The notes under the pieces were generated by a model, which saw only the letters and a program-made list of their open reading frames with translations, made no database searches and had not been told where the DNA came from. A DNA stretch of 62,344 bases, filler included. It is 9 parts of 9 records of this genome, joined end to end, with 100 filler letters (N's around TTAATTAATTAA, not from the genome) between each part and the next. Parts side by side here need not be neighbours in the genome. Positions count along the whole stretch, not along the records: positions 1 to 9,947 come from SRR31147125_107859; 8 more parts are not named here. One strand, written 5' to 3'. A program made the translations under genes and the position numbers. Positions 1 to 10,047 of the stretch are shown here, in pieces (positions within the stretch are counted from its first letter, which is position 1; the number at the start of each line of letters is the position of its first letter).

Positions 1-911
1 CCCCAATCAGTGGCTGGAAGGCTAAGGTTAGGTTTCTCAGCTATCAACAGTGACAGGCACGCTTGCAGAAGCGGATTGGGCTGACAGCCATAAGGCAACA
101 ACAGTGACAATGTGCGTTTTAATTCCAGCGGGGTTGCCAGTCCAACCAACCACCCTTGGTTCACTTCTCTTTGCACGGTCAAGCGTGAGAGGCAACCGAC
201 TCCTAAGCCTGCTTCAACGGCTTTTTTGATCGCTTCCGTGTGTCCCATTTCGACGACTGATGTCAGCTGCGTGGCAGGAAATCCCAGAGCTTGTTCGAAA
301 ACTTCACGAGTACCCGATCCCTTCTCCCTGATAATCCACTGCTCGTTGAGAAGCTGCTCTCTGGAAATGGACGTGCTGAGAGCCCAGGGATGGTTTTTCC
401 CACAAACGACCACCAACTCGTCTTCCTGCCAATCGTGGCGCTCCAGGTGGTTGATATGGCAGGGCCCCTCGATCAATGCCAGGTCGAGATCGCCATTGTC
501 CAGCGCCTCGGCAATTTCTTCTGAGTTGCCGACCTGCATGGACAGCTGTGCCTGTGGATACTGATGCGAAAAATCAGCAATCAGCAAAGGGAGCAGATAG
601 TTACCGATGGTCGTACTGGCGCCGATAAGCAATTGACCTGTCGGTTCCGTCAGTGACGCTGTCATCGTCTGTTTGAACGTATTGACCCGCTCAAGAATTT
701 CCATTGCCTGTGGCAGCAGTTGCCGCCCAAGATTGTTGGCAATCAGCTTGTGCCCCTGCCTGCGGAAGAGTTGGCTTTCACAGTGACTCTCCAGATCGGC
801 GATCGCCATACTGACTGCTGATTGGCTCAGCATCAGTTTGTCTGCAGAGCCGGATACGCTTTGTGATTTGGCGACAGCGGCGAATATTTCCAACTTTCTC
901 AGAGTAATCAT
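1..911 (-). CDS. LysR-family regulator (YeiE-like), 3' end runs off the window
   Basis: Manual translation from ATG 911: MITLRKLEIFAAVAKSQSVSGSADKLMLSQSAVSMAIADLE (LysR HTH). No stop seen in the last 130 nt before position 1, which explains its absence from the ORF track. Divergent from the YeiH-family gene. Confidence 0.92.
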   Translation of the reverse strand, partial: MITLRKLEIFAAVAKSQSVSGSADKLMLSQSAVSMAIADLESHCESQLFRRQGHKLIANNLGRQLLPQAMEILERVNTFKQTMTASLTEPTGQLLIGASTTIGNYLLPLLIADFSHQYPQAQLSMQVGNSEEIAEALDNGDLDLALIEGPCHINHLERHDWQEDELVVVCGKNHPWALSTSISREQLLNEQWIIREKGSGTREVFEQALGFPATQLTSVVEMGHTEAIKKAVEAGLGVGCLSRLTVQREVNQGWLVGLATPLELKRTLSLLLPYGCQPNPLLQACLSLLIAEKPNLSLPATDW

Positions 912-915
912 GAAG

Positions 916-932
916 TATCAATCCGATTGATA
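916..932. promoter_or_regulatory. LysR-type operator (ATC-N9-GAT, T-N11-A)
   Basis: TATCAATC-C-GATTGATA is a perfect 8-bp inverted repeat just upstream of the LysR start, in the divergent intergenic region. Confidence 0.7.
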
Positions 933-1023
933 GAAAGAATAAAAATTATCTATTTTTATTTATAGATTGTTCGCGCTATTTTGCCAAGTCGAACGGATTA
1001 AAAAAATGGCTAGGAATTTTGTT

Positions 1024-1941
1024 ATGAAGAAAATACTGTTTGCGGGGTTGGCGAGCCTTTGCCTCATACCAGGAGTCACAACTCCAATGGCTCTGGTTGC
1101 AGGTCTTCTCTTCAGCCTAATCTGGGGGAATCCTTGGGGACAAAGGACGGCCACATGCTCGCAGCTGCTGTTAAAAATGTCCGTTGTCGGTCTAGGATTC
1201 GGACTGAGTATCGGTGACGTCTGGACTATTGGAAAGCACTCGGCTGCATATACCTTAGTGGGAATCCTTCTGACGATTGGTGTTGGTTTGCTCTTGGGTC
1301 GGATGATGCGTTTGCAGGGCAATACGGCGGCATTGATTTCCTGTGGAACGGCAATCTGTGGTGGGAGTGCGATCGCTGCTATGGCTCCCGTACTCAATTC
1401 CAAGAATGACGAGACGGTCATTGCACTCGCAACGGTATTTACCCTCAACGCAATCGCTCTAATTCTTTACCCGATGGTCGGCCATCTCGGGGACTTGAGC
1501 CAGCATCAGTTCGGAGTCTGGGCCGGAATGGCCATTCATGACACCAGCAGCGTTGTTGGAGCCGCTTCCAGCTATGGCGTTGAGGCGCTTCAGACGGGAG
1601 TTACCGTCAAATTGACCCGAGCAGCCTGGATCGCACCGGTCGCCATGAGTGCCGCTTTGCTTGTACGCTCTGCCGGGCGAGTGACGTTTCCCCTGTTTAT
1701 CCTCGGGTTCGTGGCCGCTGCCCTGGTGAACAGCCTGCTTCCACAATTGACCAGTGTGTGGTCGCTTTTTGCTGCTCTGGCCAAACAGAGTCTGGTTCTG
1801 ACACTTTTTCTTGTCGGGGCCGGTTTGAACCGCTCGTTGCTACGCTCTATCGGCGTCAGACCCTTTTTGCATGGGACCCTGTTGTGGTTGATTGTGAGTG
1901 TCGTAACCTTCGGTTGTGTGAGTCGCGGTCTGATCAGCTGA
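1024..1941 (+). CDS. YeiH/PSE-family membrane protein (putative sulfite/sulfate exporter)
   Basis: Multi-TM protein with GTAICGGSAIAA, AIHDTSSVVGA and TVKLTR motifs. Start at ATG 1024 is uncertain (alternative 1006). Confidence 0.88.
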   Translation: MKKILFAGLASLCLIPGVTTPMALVAGLLFSLIWGNPWGQRTATCSQLLLKMSVVGLGFGLSIGDVWTIGKHSAAYTLVGILLTIGVGLLLGRMMRLQGNTAALISCGTAICGGSAIAAMAPVLNSKNDETVIALATVFTLNAIALILYPMVGHLGDLSQHQFGVWAGMAIHDTSSVVGAASSYGVEALQTGVTVKLTRAAWIAPVAMSAALLVRSAGRVTFPLFILGFVAAALVNSLLPQLTSVWSLFAALAKQSLVLTLFLVGAGLNRSLLRSIGVRPFLHGTLLWLIVSVVTFGCVSRGLIS

Positions 1942-1995
1942 AGCGAGCTGCTGTGAGAACGGCGTGTGGAGAGTCCGGCGAGACTGTCACCTGAG

Positions 1996-2751
1996 TCAGA
2001 TTATCCCTTCAAGATAGGTTGCAATGTTTGTTCTGATCGGCATGAAATAGATGTTGCCGTTTGTCTGCCGGGCAAATTGAAGGGCTTTACGGGCAAATTC
2101 CCGGTTCCATTCAAGAGTCGGCTGGAAATCAGGTGGGAACACCGCGTTGTTTTTGTTCTCCCAGTAATTGCGACTGTTTTCCGTCAGCACGGGAGAGATC
2201 CCCCAGAAGATGGTGAAATCCTGCAGGAAACCATGGTAAATTTCCATCAGGCGCAGGTCAAAAAAAGGTTGAGTCAAAAATGCCTCGGCTCCGGCATCCC
2301 GTTTCGCTAAAATGTAGTCGATTTCTTCTTTGATGCCGCTGCGGTATGGATCCATGCCGGCAAAAACCCGTAAGTCCGGTATCTCACGTTTAAGACGACG
2401 GATCATCTCCAGGCAACTGGTTCGGTAGCTTCTGTGGCTCATGTCCTGTGGCGGGTCCCCGGTAATGACGAGAACCGCTTCAACCTTATCGTCTGTGATT
2501 TGATCAACAATTTTTAACGGTGCATTCGGGTCAAAGTCGATCGCGCGCAGGTGAGGAATGGTTTTTGGGAAAAAGTCACCGGCAATGGAACAACCTTCCC
2601 AGCTACGCATTTCGAATCGAAGAATATCCGGAATGTTGATCCGATTTACGGTAGGAAAGCGCGTGCGGATAATCTCCAGCTCACGTCTCAAGGCGGCATC
2701 ATTCCTGGGAACAAGCTCTATGGATATTTCAGTTGTCTGCTGTTGTATCAC
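1996..2751 (-). CDS. Methylenetetrahydrofolate reductase family protein (short type)
   Basis: SIELVP, PHLRAID, ITGDPP and FLTQPFFD motifs. GTG start overlaps the upstream TGA (GTGA). Confidence 0.8.
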   Translation of the reverse strand: MIQQQTTEISIELVPRNDAALRRELEIIRTRFPTVNRINIPDILRFEMRSWEGCSIAGDFFPKTIPHLRAIDFDPNAPLKIVDQITDDKVEAVLVITGDPPQDMSHRSYRTSCLEMIRRLKREIPDLRVFAGMDPYRSGIKEEIDYILAKRDAGAEAFLTQPFFDLRLMEIYHGFLQDFTIFWGISPVLTENSRNYWENKNNAVFPPDFQPTLEWNREFARKALQFARQTNGNIYFMPIRTNIATYLEGII

Positions 2752-3302
2752 TCTACGGTACCCTTGCTGCTGATAATCTGTCCGCTGAAAATGTAGATAT
2801 CGGCGTCCGCGGATGTCCAGGTGTCTTCCTGGAGGCCGGCCTTCAGACAGGTCTGTCGTAAAAACGTTTCCCGGTCCCAGTTGTATTCACTGGCCACCTG
2901 AGGAAGAAGGACCCCTCGGTGAATGCCTTTCTCGATGTAGATGCCGTGGGTTCCGACTATGATCTCACTGGTGTCTCCTATTTTTTTCAGCGGAGATAGA
3001 ACGGTTATTTCCAGGTCAAAGTCATCCAGCTCTGCAGCCGTCATCGGCTCAAAACGTGGGTCTTGTGTCGCTGATGCTTCGGCCATTTCGACCACTTCGC
3101 GGTAGAGAGGCTGCTGCGACTGGAAATTGCCGATACAGCCACGCAGCTGGCCTTTCTGCTTGATGGTGACAAAGCAGCCAGCGCGTTCATTCAGCTTCTT
3201 TTCTTCACGCGGAGACGCTTCGTACGGTTGACCTGTGACAATGTGCTTAATGGCTTCGCGGGCTATGGACAGTAAAACGGATGTGTCAGATGCTGTCAGC
3301 AT
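2748..3302 (-). CDS. AMMECR1-domain protein (AmmeMemoRadiSam system protein A)
   Basis: GCFVTI, LRGCIG, DPRF, GVLLPQVA and CLKAG signatures. Confidence 0.9.
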   Translation of the reverse strand: MLTASDTSVLLSIAREAIKHIVTGQPYEASPREEKKLNERAGCFVTIKQKGQLRGCIGNFQSQQPLYREVVEMAEASATQDPRFEPMTAAELDDFDLEITVLSPLKKIGDTSEIIVGTHGIYIEKGIHRGVLLPQVASEYNWDRETFLRQTCLKAGLQEDTWTSADADIYIFSGQIISSKGTVE

Positions 3303-3412
3303 TCATGTATTCCTTGATGTTGTCAGAAAAGTATGCGTCATTTATAGTTGCTGAGATAGTCTCGTGCAAGGATTTTAACCGTTTTTTCTGTCGCTGTGCC
3401 CCGGAGAGAAAT

Positions 3413-4558
3413 GTGAAAAATATCTGCTGGTTGATGCTTCTGACTGTTCTGCTCATCGTGATGGCCGGTTGCGCGGTTGAACCGATCTCCAGTCGTTATG
3501 AGCAGGCGCGTAGCGAACTGACTTTGTCGCAGGAGATGTCTCTTGGGAAGCGGGCTCAGGATCAGGTACTTCAGGCTCTGGGTGGAATATACCCTGACCG
3601 GGAGCTGGGCCAGTATATCGACAGTCTCGGTCAGCAATTGGCGCGCTACAATCACCGGTCGCAGTTGACCTACCGGTTTTCGATTGCTAATGATTCCTCA
3701 CCTGATGCATACGCTCTTCCCGGAGGTTTTATTGTCATCACGCGTGGACTTTTAGCCGACCTATCGAGCGAAGTACAGCTGGCGTCTGTTCTGGCGCGTG
3801 AAATTGCGCATTGTTCAGCGCGGCACAGTGTACAGGTGCTGCGTCGAAGTCTCCGCTCCACCGGCCGCGATCTGGCCGATATTTTAACGCTGGACCATTC
3901 TGGCTATGCGGGGCGCATTCTGCAGGCCAGGGTCCTAACGGAAGAGATTCTTGACCTTGGTTACAGTGAAGGTCAGAGGCTTGAAGCAGACAACTTGAGT
4001 GCCGAGATCCTTACAAGGGCGGGTTATTCGGCTCAAAATCCGCCAGCTGCTGACGAAGAGCGCTTCATCCGGGAAACAACGAATCTGACGGCTGGTCTTG
4101 AGGCCTATCAACTGTACGATTCTGCGAAAATGGTGGAGAGAGAGGGAGCATACGGGCCCGCGATTGAGATTTATCACAGGGCGATGCAGAAAGCACCGGA
4201 TCACGGGTTGCTGTTGACGGCTCTGGGGATGGCTTACCTGAGGAATGAGGACCTTGTCCCGGCGCGCAGATATCTGTTGAAAGCTGTCCGGGCTGACTCG
4301 GATTATTACCGCTCACATATGGGTCTGGGTTACGTCTATCTCGCAAACGAGCAGGCGGATCAAGCTGCCAGACATCTTCAGCTCTCGGTTGATCTGCTCC
4401 CTACTGTTGAAGGTGTCTTCCTGCTTGCGGAAGTGCAATTACTTCAGGCACATTTAGTCCGCGCACGCGAACTGTATCAGGATGTGATTGAAAGCGATGA
4501 CAATGGGCGCTTGAAACGTGCGGCCACGGAACGATTAAAAATTCTGGACCTGCAATAG
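3413..4558 (+). CDS. M48-peptidase-like lipoprotein with C-terminal TPRs; zinc site degenerate
   Basis: GTG start after GGAGAG, lipobox MAG-C, AYALPGG, LAREIAH in place of HEXXH, and TPR repeats in the C-terminal half. Confidence 0.85.
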   Translation: MKNICWLMLLTVLLIVMAGCAVEPISSRYEQARSELTLSQEMSLGKRAQDQVLQALGGIYPDRELGQYIDSLGQQLARYNHRSQLTYRFSIANDSSPDAYALPGGFIVITRGLLADLSSEVQLASVLAREIAHCSARHSVQVLRRSLRSTGRDLADILTLDHSGYAGRILQARVLTEEILDLGYSEGQRLEADNLSAEILTRAGYSAQNPPAADEERFIRETTNLTAGLEAYQLYDSAKMVEREGAYGPAIEIYHRAMQKAPDHGLLLTALGMAYLRNEDLVPARRYLLKAVRADSDYYRSHMGLGYVYLANEQADQAARHLQLSVDLLPTVEGVFLLAEVQLLQAHLVRARELYQDVIESDDNGRLKRAATERLKILDLQ

Positions 4559-4584
4559 AGGTCCTTTCAGAAGAAGGGTATACC

Positions 4585-5088
4585 ATGCAATCTGCTATCG
4601 ACTGGCCACTGCAGGAGGGAGAAACCCTTCTATGGCAGGGGCGCCCAGCCCCACGCTGCTACACCTTTCGTCATTGGCTTCAAGCTCTTATCGGGACAGT
4701 TCTGTTTCTGGCGAGCAGCTTCTGGCTTATGGTTGGCGTTCATTTGGTCAGGGATGAAAATCATTCGCCCTGGCTTCTGGTGTTTCCTCTGGTGATTGTT
4801 CTGGGCTCTTTTCTGGTGGGCCCCGGTCAGGTCCTCTACTTTCGGATCCGCTGGGGAAAAATCTTCTATGCGCTGACGGATCAGCGGCTTCTGGTTCGGA
4901 ATCGACTGTCCGGAACGACAATTGACTGCTACCCGATGGAAGATTTTCAGAAGTGTAAAAGTAAAAAATATGGACAGCAGTTGCGGAGTTTACGGCTGAC
5001 ATTCCATGGCCGTAAACCTGTCGCGCTTGACTGCCTCGAACATCCGGAAACATTGGAACAACACCTTCCTGAAGAGCGGACAACCTGA
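4585..5088 (+). CDS. Membrane protein with bacterial PH-like domain
   Basis: LQEGETLLWQGRP N-terminus, two TM helices, YALTDQRLLV motif. Confidence 0.65.
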   Translation: MQSAIDWPLQEGETLLWQGRPAPRCYTFRHWLQALIGTVLFLASSFWLMVGVHLVRDENHSPWLLVFPLVIVLGSFLVGPGQVLYFRIRWGKIFYALTDQRLLVRNRLSGTTIDCYPMEDFQKCKSKKYGQQLRSLRLTFHGRKPVALDCLEHPETLEQHLPEERTT

Positions 5089-5168
5089 AACCGACTGTGT
5101 TGACTTCTGCGACCCCGCTCTCGTATGATCCGCGACTTGTCTTTCAACAACAATTTTAATGGTGATAA

Positions 5169-6485
5169 ATGAAGTACTTCTATCTGGAAACCTTCGGCTG
5201 TCAGATGAACGTGGTTGATTCGGAACAGATCGTCGATCTGCTGTCCGGGATCGGTTACAGTCAGGTCGAATCGGCCGATAAAGCTGACCTTGTCCTGCTA
5301 AATACCTGTTCTGTTCGCGATAAAGCCGAACGGAAGGTCTATGGTCATCTGGGCCGTTTTAAACCAATTAAGGATGTGCGGCCGGACCTGATGATTGGGG
5401 TCGGCGGCTGTGTCGCTCAGCAGGAAGGTGACGCGATGCTGGAGAAGGTCGCTTACCTTGATTTTGTCTTTGGAACGCACAATATCCATCGACTGCCCGA
5501 ACTGGTTGGGCAGGTAGAGAAAAAACGACAGCGTGGTGCTGAGACGGAGTTTCTCGATCATGAGACGCGGCAGAATCTGTTTCCGGAGAGAACACAGAGC
5601 GATTCCGTGACCCGCTTTGTGACCGTTATGCAGGGCTGCGACAATTTCTGCTCTTACTGCATTGTTCCCCATGTTCGTGGACGTGAGATCAGCCGCCCCA
5701 GTGACGCGGTCATTGAAGAGGTGACCTCCCTGGTTAAAGGTGGCGCACGCGAAGTGACTCTGCTTGGGCAGAATGTGAACTCCTATGGCATCAAAGATGA
5801 GAATGAAATCTCTTTTGCTGAATTGCTGCAGCGTATTGACGGAATTGATGGCTTGAAGCGTTTGCGCTTTGCGACGTCCCATCCCAAGGATATGACTGAT
5901 GAACTGATTGATTGTTTCGGTTCATTGAAGACTTTATGTCAGCACATCCACCTCCCGTTACAGAGTGGGTCGGATCGTATTCTCTCGTTGATGAATCGTG
6001 GCTACAGCGCCGCGGATTATCTGCAGAGGGTCGAGCGGTTGAAAAAGGCCTGTCCGGATATCCGCCTGACGACGGATATTATTGTCGGCTTCCCACGCGA
6101 GACAGAGGAAGATTTTCAGGCGACCCTTGATGTTGTTGAACAAGTCGGATACGCTGATGCCTTCACCTTCCTGTATTCACCACGAACAGGAACCAGTGCT
6201 GCGGATATGGTCGATGATCAGAGCAGCCTCCAGCGGCAGCAGCGGTTTGAACGTTTGCTGGAGCTTCAGCAGCGCAACAGCGCCAGTATCTGGAAAGAGG
6301 ACGAAGGTCAGGTCCTGCCGGTTCTGGTTGAAGGTGTCAGCAAGCAGGGAGACGGGCAGATTTTCGGCCGCACAGTGTGGAACAGGATCGTCAACTTTTC
6401 AGGGTCTGGACGCCTGATCGGTGAAATAGTTCCTGTTGAGATATTGAAGTCTCTCAGGAATTCCCATCTCGGGGTCATCGCTTGA
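5169..6485 (+). CDS. miaB: tRNA-2-methylthio-N6-dimethylallyladenosine synthase
   Basis: TFGCQMN, LNTCSVR, GCVAQ, radical SAM CDNFCSYC and a C-terminal TRAM domain. Confidence 0.97.
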   Translation: MKYFYLETFGCQMNVVDSEQIVDLLSGIGYSQVESADKADLVLLNTCSVRDKAERKVYGHLGRFKPIKDVRPDLMIGVGGCVAQQEGDAMLEKVAYLDFVFGTHNIHRLPELVGQVEKKRQRGAETEFLDHETRQNLFPERTQSDSVTRFVTVMQGCDNFCSYCIVPHVRGREISRPSDAVIEEVTSLVKGGAREVTLLGQNVNSYGIKDENEISFAELLQRIDGIDGLKRLRFATSHPKDMTDELIDCFGSLKTLCQHIHLPLQSGSDRILSLMNRGYSAADYLQRVERLKKACPDIRLTTDIIVGFPRETEEDFQATLDVVEQVGYADAFTFLYSPRTGTSAADMVDDQSSLQRQQRFERLLELQQRNSASIWKEDEGQVLPVLVEGVSKQGDGQIFGRTVWNRIVNFSGSGRLIGEIVPVEILKSLRNSHLGVIA

Positions 6486-6523
6486 CCCTGATGAGATAAA
6501 CGTAAAATGATGGAGGGGGCCCC

Positions 6524-7078
6524 ATGCGTCGTTTGATTCTGTTAGTCGGATTATTCTTGTTTTTGAGCACATCTGTGAGTGCCGGGACTGACTCTGAAAC
6601 GGTAGATACTTCTATCGGATCCAGCATAGAAGCCCTTCAGAGTGCTATTCAGCAGTTGAACAGGCACAATCAACAGGCGGAAAAATTACAGAAGCTTCAA
6701 ATCGCCATTTCTTACGTCGATTACAGGTCTAGACGGATAGAAGACAGAGAAAAGGTCATGCGCGAGAAGCAGACTGCTCTTGATCGATTGGAAGACCTGT
6801 TAACAACTATTGAAGCGGATCCGGATGCGTGGGAAAATTACTATTACGCGTTCAAGAAAGATACGAAGAACAAAGATCTTTTTAGTAAGACGCGTCCTTC
6901 AGAGTATCGCAAGAAATTATTGCGCGATCGGATCGAACGCTACCAGAGTGAAATTCTTGAGTTGGAGATTGAAATCTCCTATACGAAAGATGATTTGTCG
7001 ACAGCAAACAGGATTATTGAAGAGGGGTTGGATCTGATTAACAGCGACCCTTATGAAACGGAGTCTAAAAATGATTGA
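6524..7078 (+). CDS. Hypothetical secreted coiled-coil protein
   Basis: RBS GGAGG, signal peptide MRRLILLVGLFLFLSTSVSA, heptad-rich helical sequence. Confidence 0.7.
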   Translation: MRRLILLVGLFLFLSTSVSAGTDSETVDTSIGSSIEALQSAIQQLNRHNQQAEKLQKLQIAISYVDYRSRRIEDREKVMREKQTALDRLEDLLTTIEADPDAWENYYYAFKKDTKNKDLFSKTRPSEYRKKLLRDRIERYQSEILELEIEISYTKDDLSTANRIIEEGLDLINSDPYETESKND

Positions 7079-7721
7079 CCTTCATACTCACACTTTTTTC
7101 AGCGACGGGGAACTTGTTCCAGCCGAACTGATCCGCCGTGCCGCTGTTGCCGGTTACAGTGCTATGGCAGTGACCGATCATGCTGATAAAAGTAATATCG
7201 CCTGGCTTTTGTCTAATATCGTCGATGTTGTCGATGAACTAGGTGATGCTAATGGGATGAAAGTTCTAGCGGGTGTTGAGTTGACGCATGTCCCGCCATC
7301 AGCCATGGCTGATGCAGCACAAATGGCCAGAGATAATGGGGCCGAACTGGTTGTCGTTCATGGTGAAACGATCGTTGAGCCGGTTATGAGTGGAACAAAC
7401 CGGGCTGCAATCTTAGCTGGGGTCGACATCCTTTCGCACCCGGGATTGATTGCTCCAGAAGATGTTCAACTGGCGGTCGATAAGGGTGTCTGTCTTGAGA
7501 TCACCACTCGCAAAGGACATTCGTTGACAAACGGCCATGTAGCTAAATTAGCTGCAGAGTTTGGCGCTAAACTGGTGATCAATAATGATGCTCACGCTCC
7601 CGGCGATCTTGTCTCGCCAGAGTTGATGAAGAACGTCGCCCTCGGAGCGGGAATGTCGGAAGAACAGTATCGTCAGGCGTTGCAGAACTCTGAAGCCCTG
7701 GTTGCCAGAGCCAAAGGATAA
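7071..7721 (+). CDS. PHP-domain phosphoesterase (histidinol-phosphatase-like)
   Basis: DLHTHT..SDG, TDH, GVELTH, ILSHPG and NNDAH motifs. Start at ATG 7071. Confidence 0.9.
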   Translation: MIDLHTHTFFSDGELVPAELIRRAAVAGYSAMAVTDHADKSNIAWLLSNIVDVVDELGDANGMKVLAGVELTHVPPSAMADAAQMARDNGAELVVVHGETIVEPVMSGTNRAAILAGVDILSHPGLIAPEDVQLAVDKGVCLEITTRKGHSLTNGHVAKLAAEFGAKLVINNDAHAPGDLVSPELMKNVALGAGMSEEQYRQALQNSEALVARAKG

Positions 7722-7724
7722 ACA

Positions 7725-8789
7725 ATGAACGAGACCGAGTTCGAGTTTTTAAAAGAGTTGGTTGAAATTCCAAGCCCGTCAGGCTACGAGCAACCTGCTC
7801 AGAGGATCATCCGACGTCAGCTGGAACCGGTTGCGGACAGCCTCGATACAGACGTTATGGGCAATCTGATAGCGCGTCTGGAAAACGAACAGGGCCCCCG
7901 TGTCATGTTGGCCGGTCACTGTGACGAGATCGGTTTCATGGTTCAGTATGTCGACGACAACGGCTTCATCTCGTTCGGTGCGATCGGCGGGGTTGATCCG
8001 CATCTGTCGCCGGGGCAGCGAATTACGATTCACAGTCGGCAGGGGGATGTTCCGGGAATCATTGGTAAAAAAGCGATTCACCTGATTGAACCGAAAGATC
8101 GCGATAGCGTGATTAAGCTCAAACATCAGACTATCGATATCGGCTGTTCAAGCCGTGATGAAGTCGAAAAGTTGGTGCAGATTGGTGACCCGATTACTTT
8201 TTCTGTGGGGCTGCAGAAGTTGCAGGGAGATCGTGTGACCTCACGCGCCTTTGATGACAAGATGGGTGCATTCATTGTTGCCGAGGTGATGAAAAAGCTC
8301 AGCAAAGTAGGCTCATGTCCCTGTGATTTTTACGCGGTGTCGACGGTTCAGGAAGAGATCGGTTTGCGTGGTGGCGCAACCAGCAGCTACGGCGTGAACC
8401 CGGATGTTGGTATCGTGGTCGAGGTGACGCATGCGACTGACTACCCGGACGTGGATCAGAAAACGATTGGCAGAGTTGCTCTGGGTAAGGGTCCGGTCAT
8501 CGCACGGGGTGCGAATATCAATCCGGTCCTGTTTGATCTGATCGTTGAAACGGCCGCCGCAGAGGAGATCCCGATTCAGATTATCGGGGTGCCACGCGCG
8601 ACCGGGACAGACGCCAACGTCATGCAGTTGTCGCGCGGTGGCGTTGCGACGGCACTTCTCGGGATTCCGCTACGCTACATGCACACCCCGGTTGAAACCT
8701 TGTCTCTGGCTGATTTGGATGCGGCCATTGATCTGCTGACCGCTGTTGTTCTGCGGATCGACAAAGAGCAGTCGTTTATTCCCCTGTAA
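7725..8789 (+). CDS. M42 family aminopeptidase
   Basis: GHCDEIG, AFDDK, QEEIG, GTDA and RYMHTP motifs. Confidence 0.93.
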   Translation: MNETEFEFLKELVEIPSPSGYEQPAQRIIRRQLEPVADSLDTDVMGNLIARLENEQGPRVMLAGHCDEIGFMVQYVDDNGFISFGAIGGVDPHLSPGQRITIHSRQGDVPGIIGKKAIHLIEPKDRDSVIKLKHQTIDIGCSSRDEVEKLVQIGDPITFSVGLQKLQGDRVTSRAFDDKMGAFIVAEVMKKLSKVGSCPCDFYAVSTVQEEIGLRGGATSSYGVNPDVGIVVEVTHATDYPDVDQKTIGRVALGKGPVIARGANINPVLFDLIVETAAAEEIPIQIIGVPRATGTDANVMQLSRGGVATALLGIPLRYMHTPVETLSLADLDAAIDLLTAVVLRIDKEQSFIPL

Positions 8790-8794
8790 GACCG

Positions 8795-9947
8795 CTAGCG
8801 TGGACGACGCTTCGGAAGCTGTTTCCGTCGGTTTCTGTTCGCTTTCGGGAATTGACCTGTACCGGAACGTTTTCTGGGCTTTCTATCTGAGCTGCTTTCT
8901 TGAACCGACCCTCTGTCAGGACTGATCTGGAGCTGCTCATCACAAACCCAGACCGATTTCAGTTTGTGCAGCTTGTCTGAGTTCAGTTCTATGGCGATGT
9001 CGACCAGGCTGAATTGGTCGAAAATTCTGATCCGCCCAATATCCTTACTCTTGATTTTCCCCTCATTACTGATCGCGCCAACAATATTTCCTGGTTCGAC
9101 ACCGTGAACTCGACCGACTTCAATTCTGTAGGTATTCATTGAACTATCGGTTGCTGTCGCAAAGCGATCCGTGGTTTTTGACCGAGCCGATTTTGATTCG
9201 ATGTGCTGTTCTTCGGCAAAGCGCTCTTCCATCTTCAGCGGACGATCTTTCTGGAGTAAGTAGGCGAGGGTGGCCGCTATTTTACGGTGACCGATATCGT
9301 ATTCCGATTGATACGCGTCAATCATTTCCTCGAAGAACTCTAAATCTTCCGATTCCATGGTCTCTGCGATCTGCTCTTTGAATTGTTGAATGCGCCGATT
9401 GGTGATGTCCTTGCGGCTTGGCAGCGCCATCGCTTTGATCGGTTGCCGCGTTGTCCGTTCGATCGCAGCTAGCATCCGCTTTTCACGCGGTGCGACAAAA
9501 AGAATAGCCTTGCCGTCACGCCCGGCGCGCCCGGTGCGTCCGATCCGGTGGATATAGGCCTCAATGTCGTGAGGAATATCATAATTGACCACGTGGCTGA
9601 TCCGCTTGACATCCAACCCGCGTGCAGCAACGTCGGTAGCAACGACAATGTCGAGTGTTCCGTCTTTGAGGCGCTCGATGGTTTTTTCCCTGTGCATCTG
9701 ACTCATGTCGCCGTTGAGCGGCGCGCTGGAGAATCCGCGGCCTTCGAGCTTTTCAGCCAGCTCGACAGTCATGACCTTGGTGCGCACAAAGATGATCATG
9801 CCGTCGGTTTCTTCCGCTTCAAGGATCCGTGTCAAGGCGTCAAGCTTATGCAACCCCTTGACCTGCCAGAAAAACTGGGAGATTTTCTCAACGGTCGAGG
9901 TCTTGCTTTTGATGCGGATTTCAACCGGATCGTTCAGGTGTCTGCGG
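8795..9947 (-). CDS. deaD: DEAD-box RNA helicase (DeaD/CsdA-like), 5'-truncated by contig end
   Basis: ATDVAARGLD and YIHRIGRTGRAG motifs, plus a DbpA-type RNA-binding domain (PGNIVGAISNE). Confidence 0.9.
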
Positions 9948-10047
9948 NNNNNNNNNNNNNNNNNNNNNNNNNNNNNNNNNNNNNNNNNNNNTTAATTAAT
10001 TAANNNNNNNNNNNNNNNNNNNNNNNNNNNNNNNNNNNNNNNNNNNN
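9948..10047. other. Artificial contig linker
   Basis: 44 N + TTAATTAATTAA (stop codons in all six frames) + 44 N. Confidence 0.99.
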
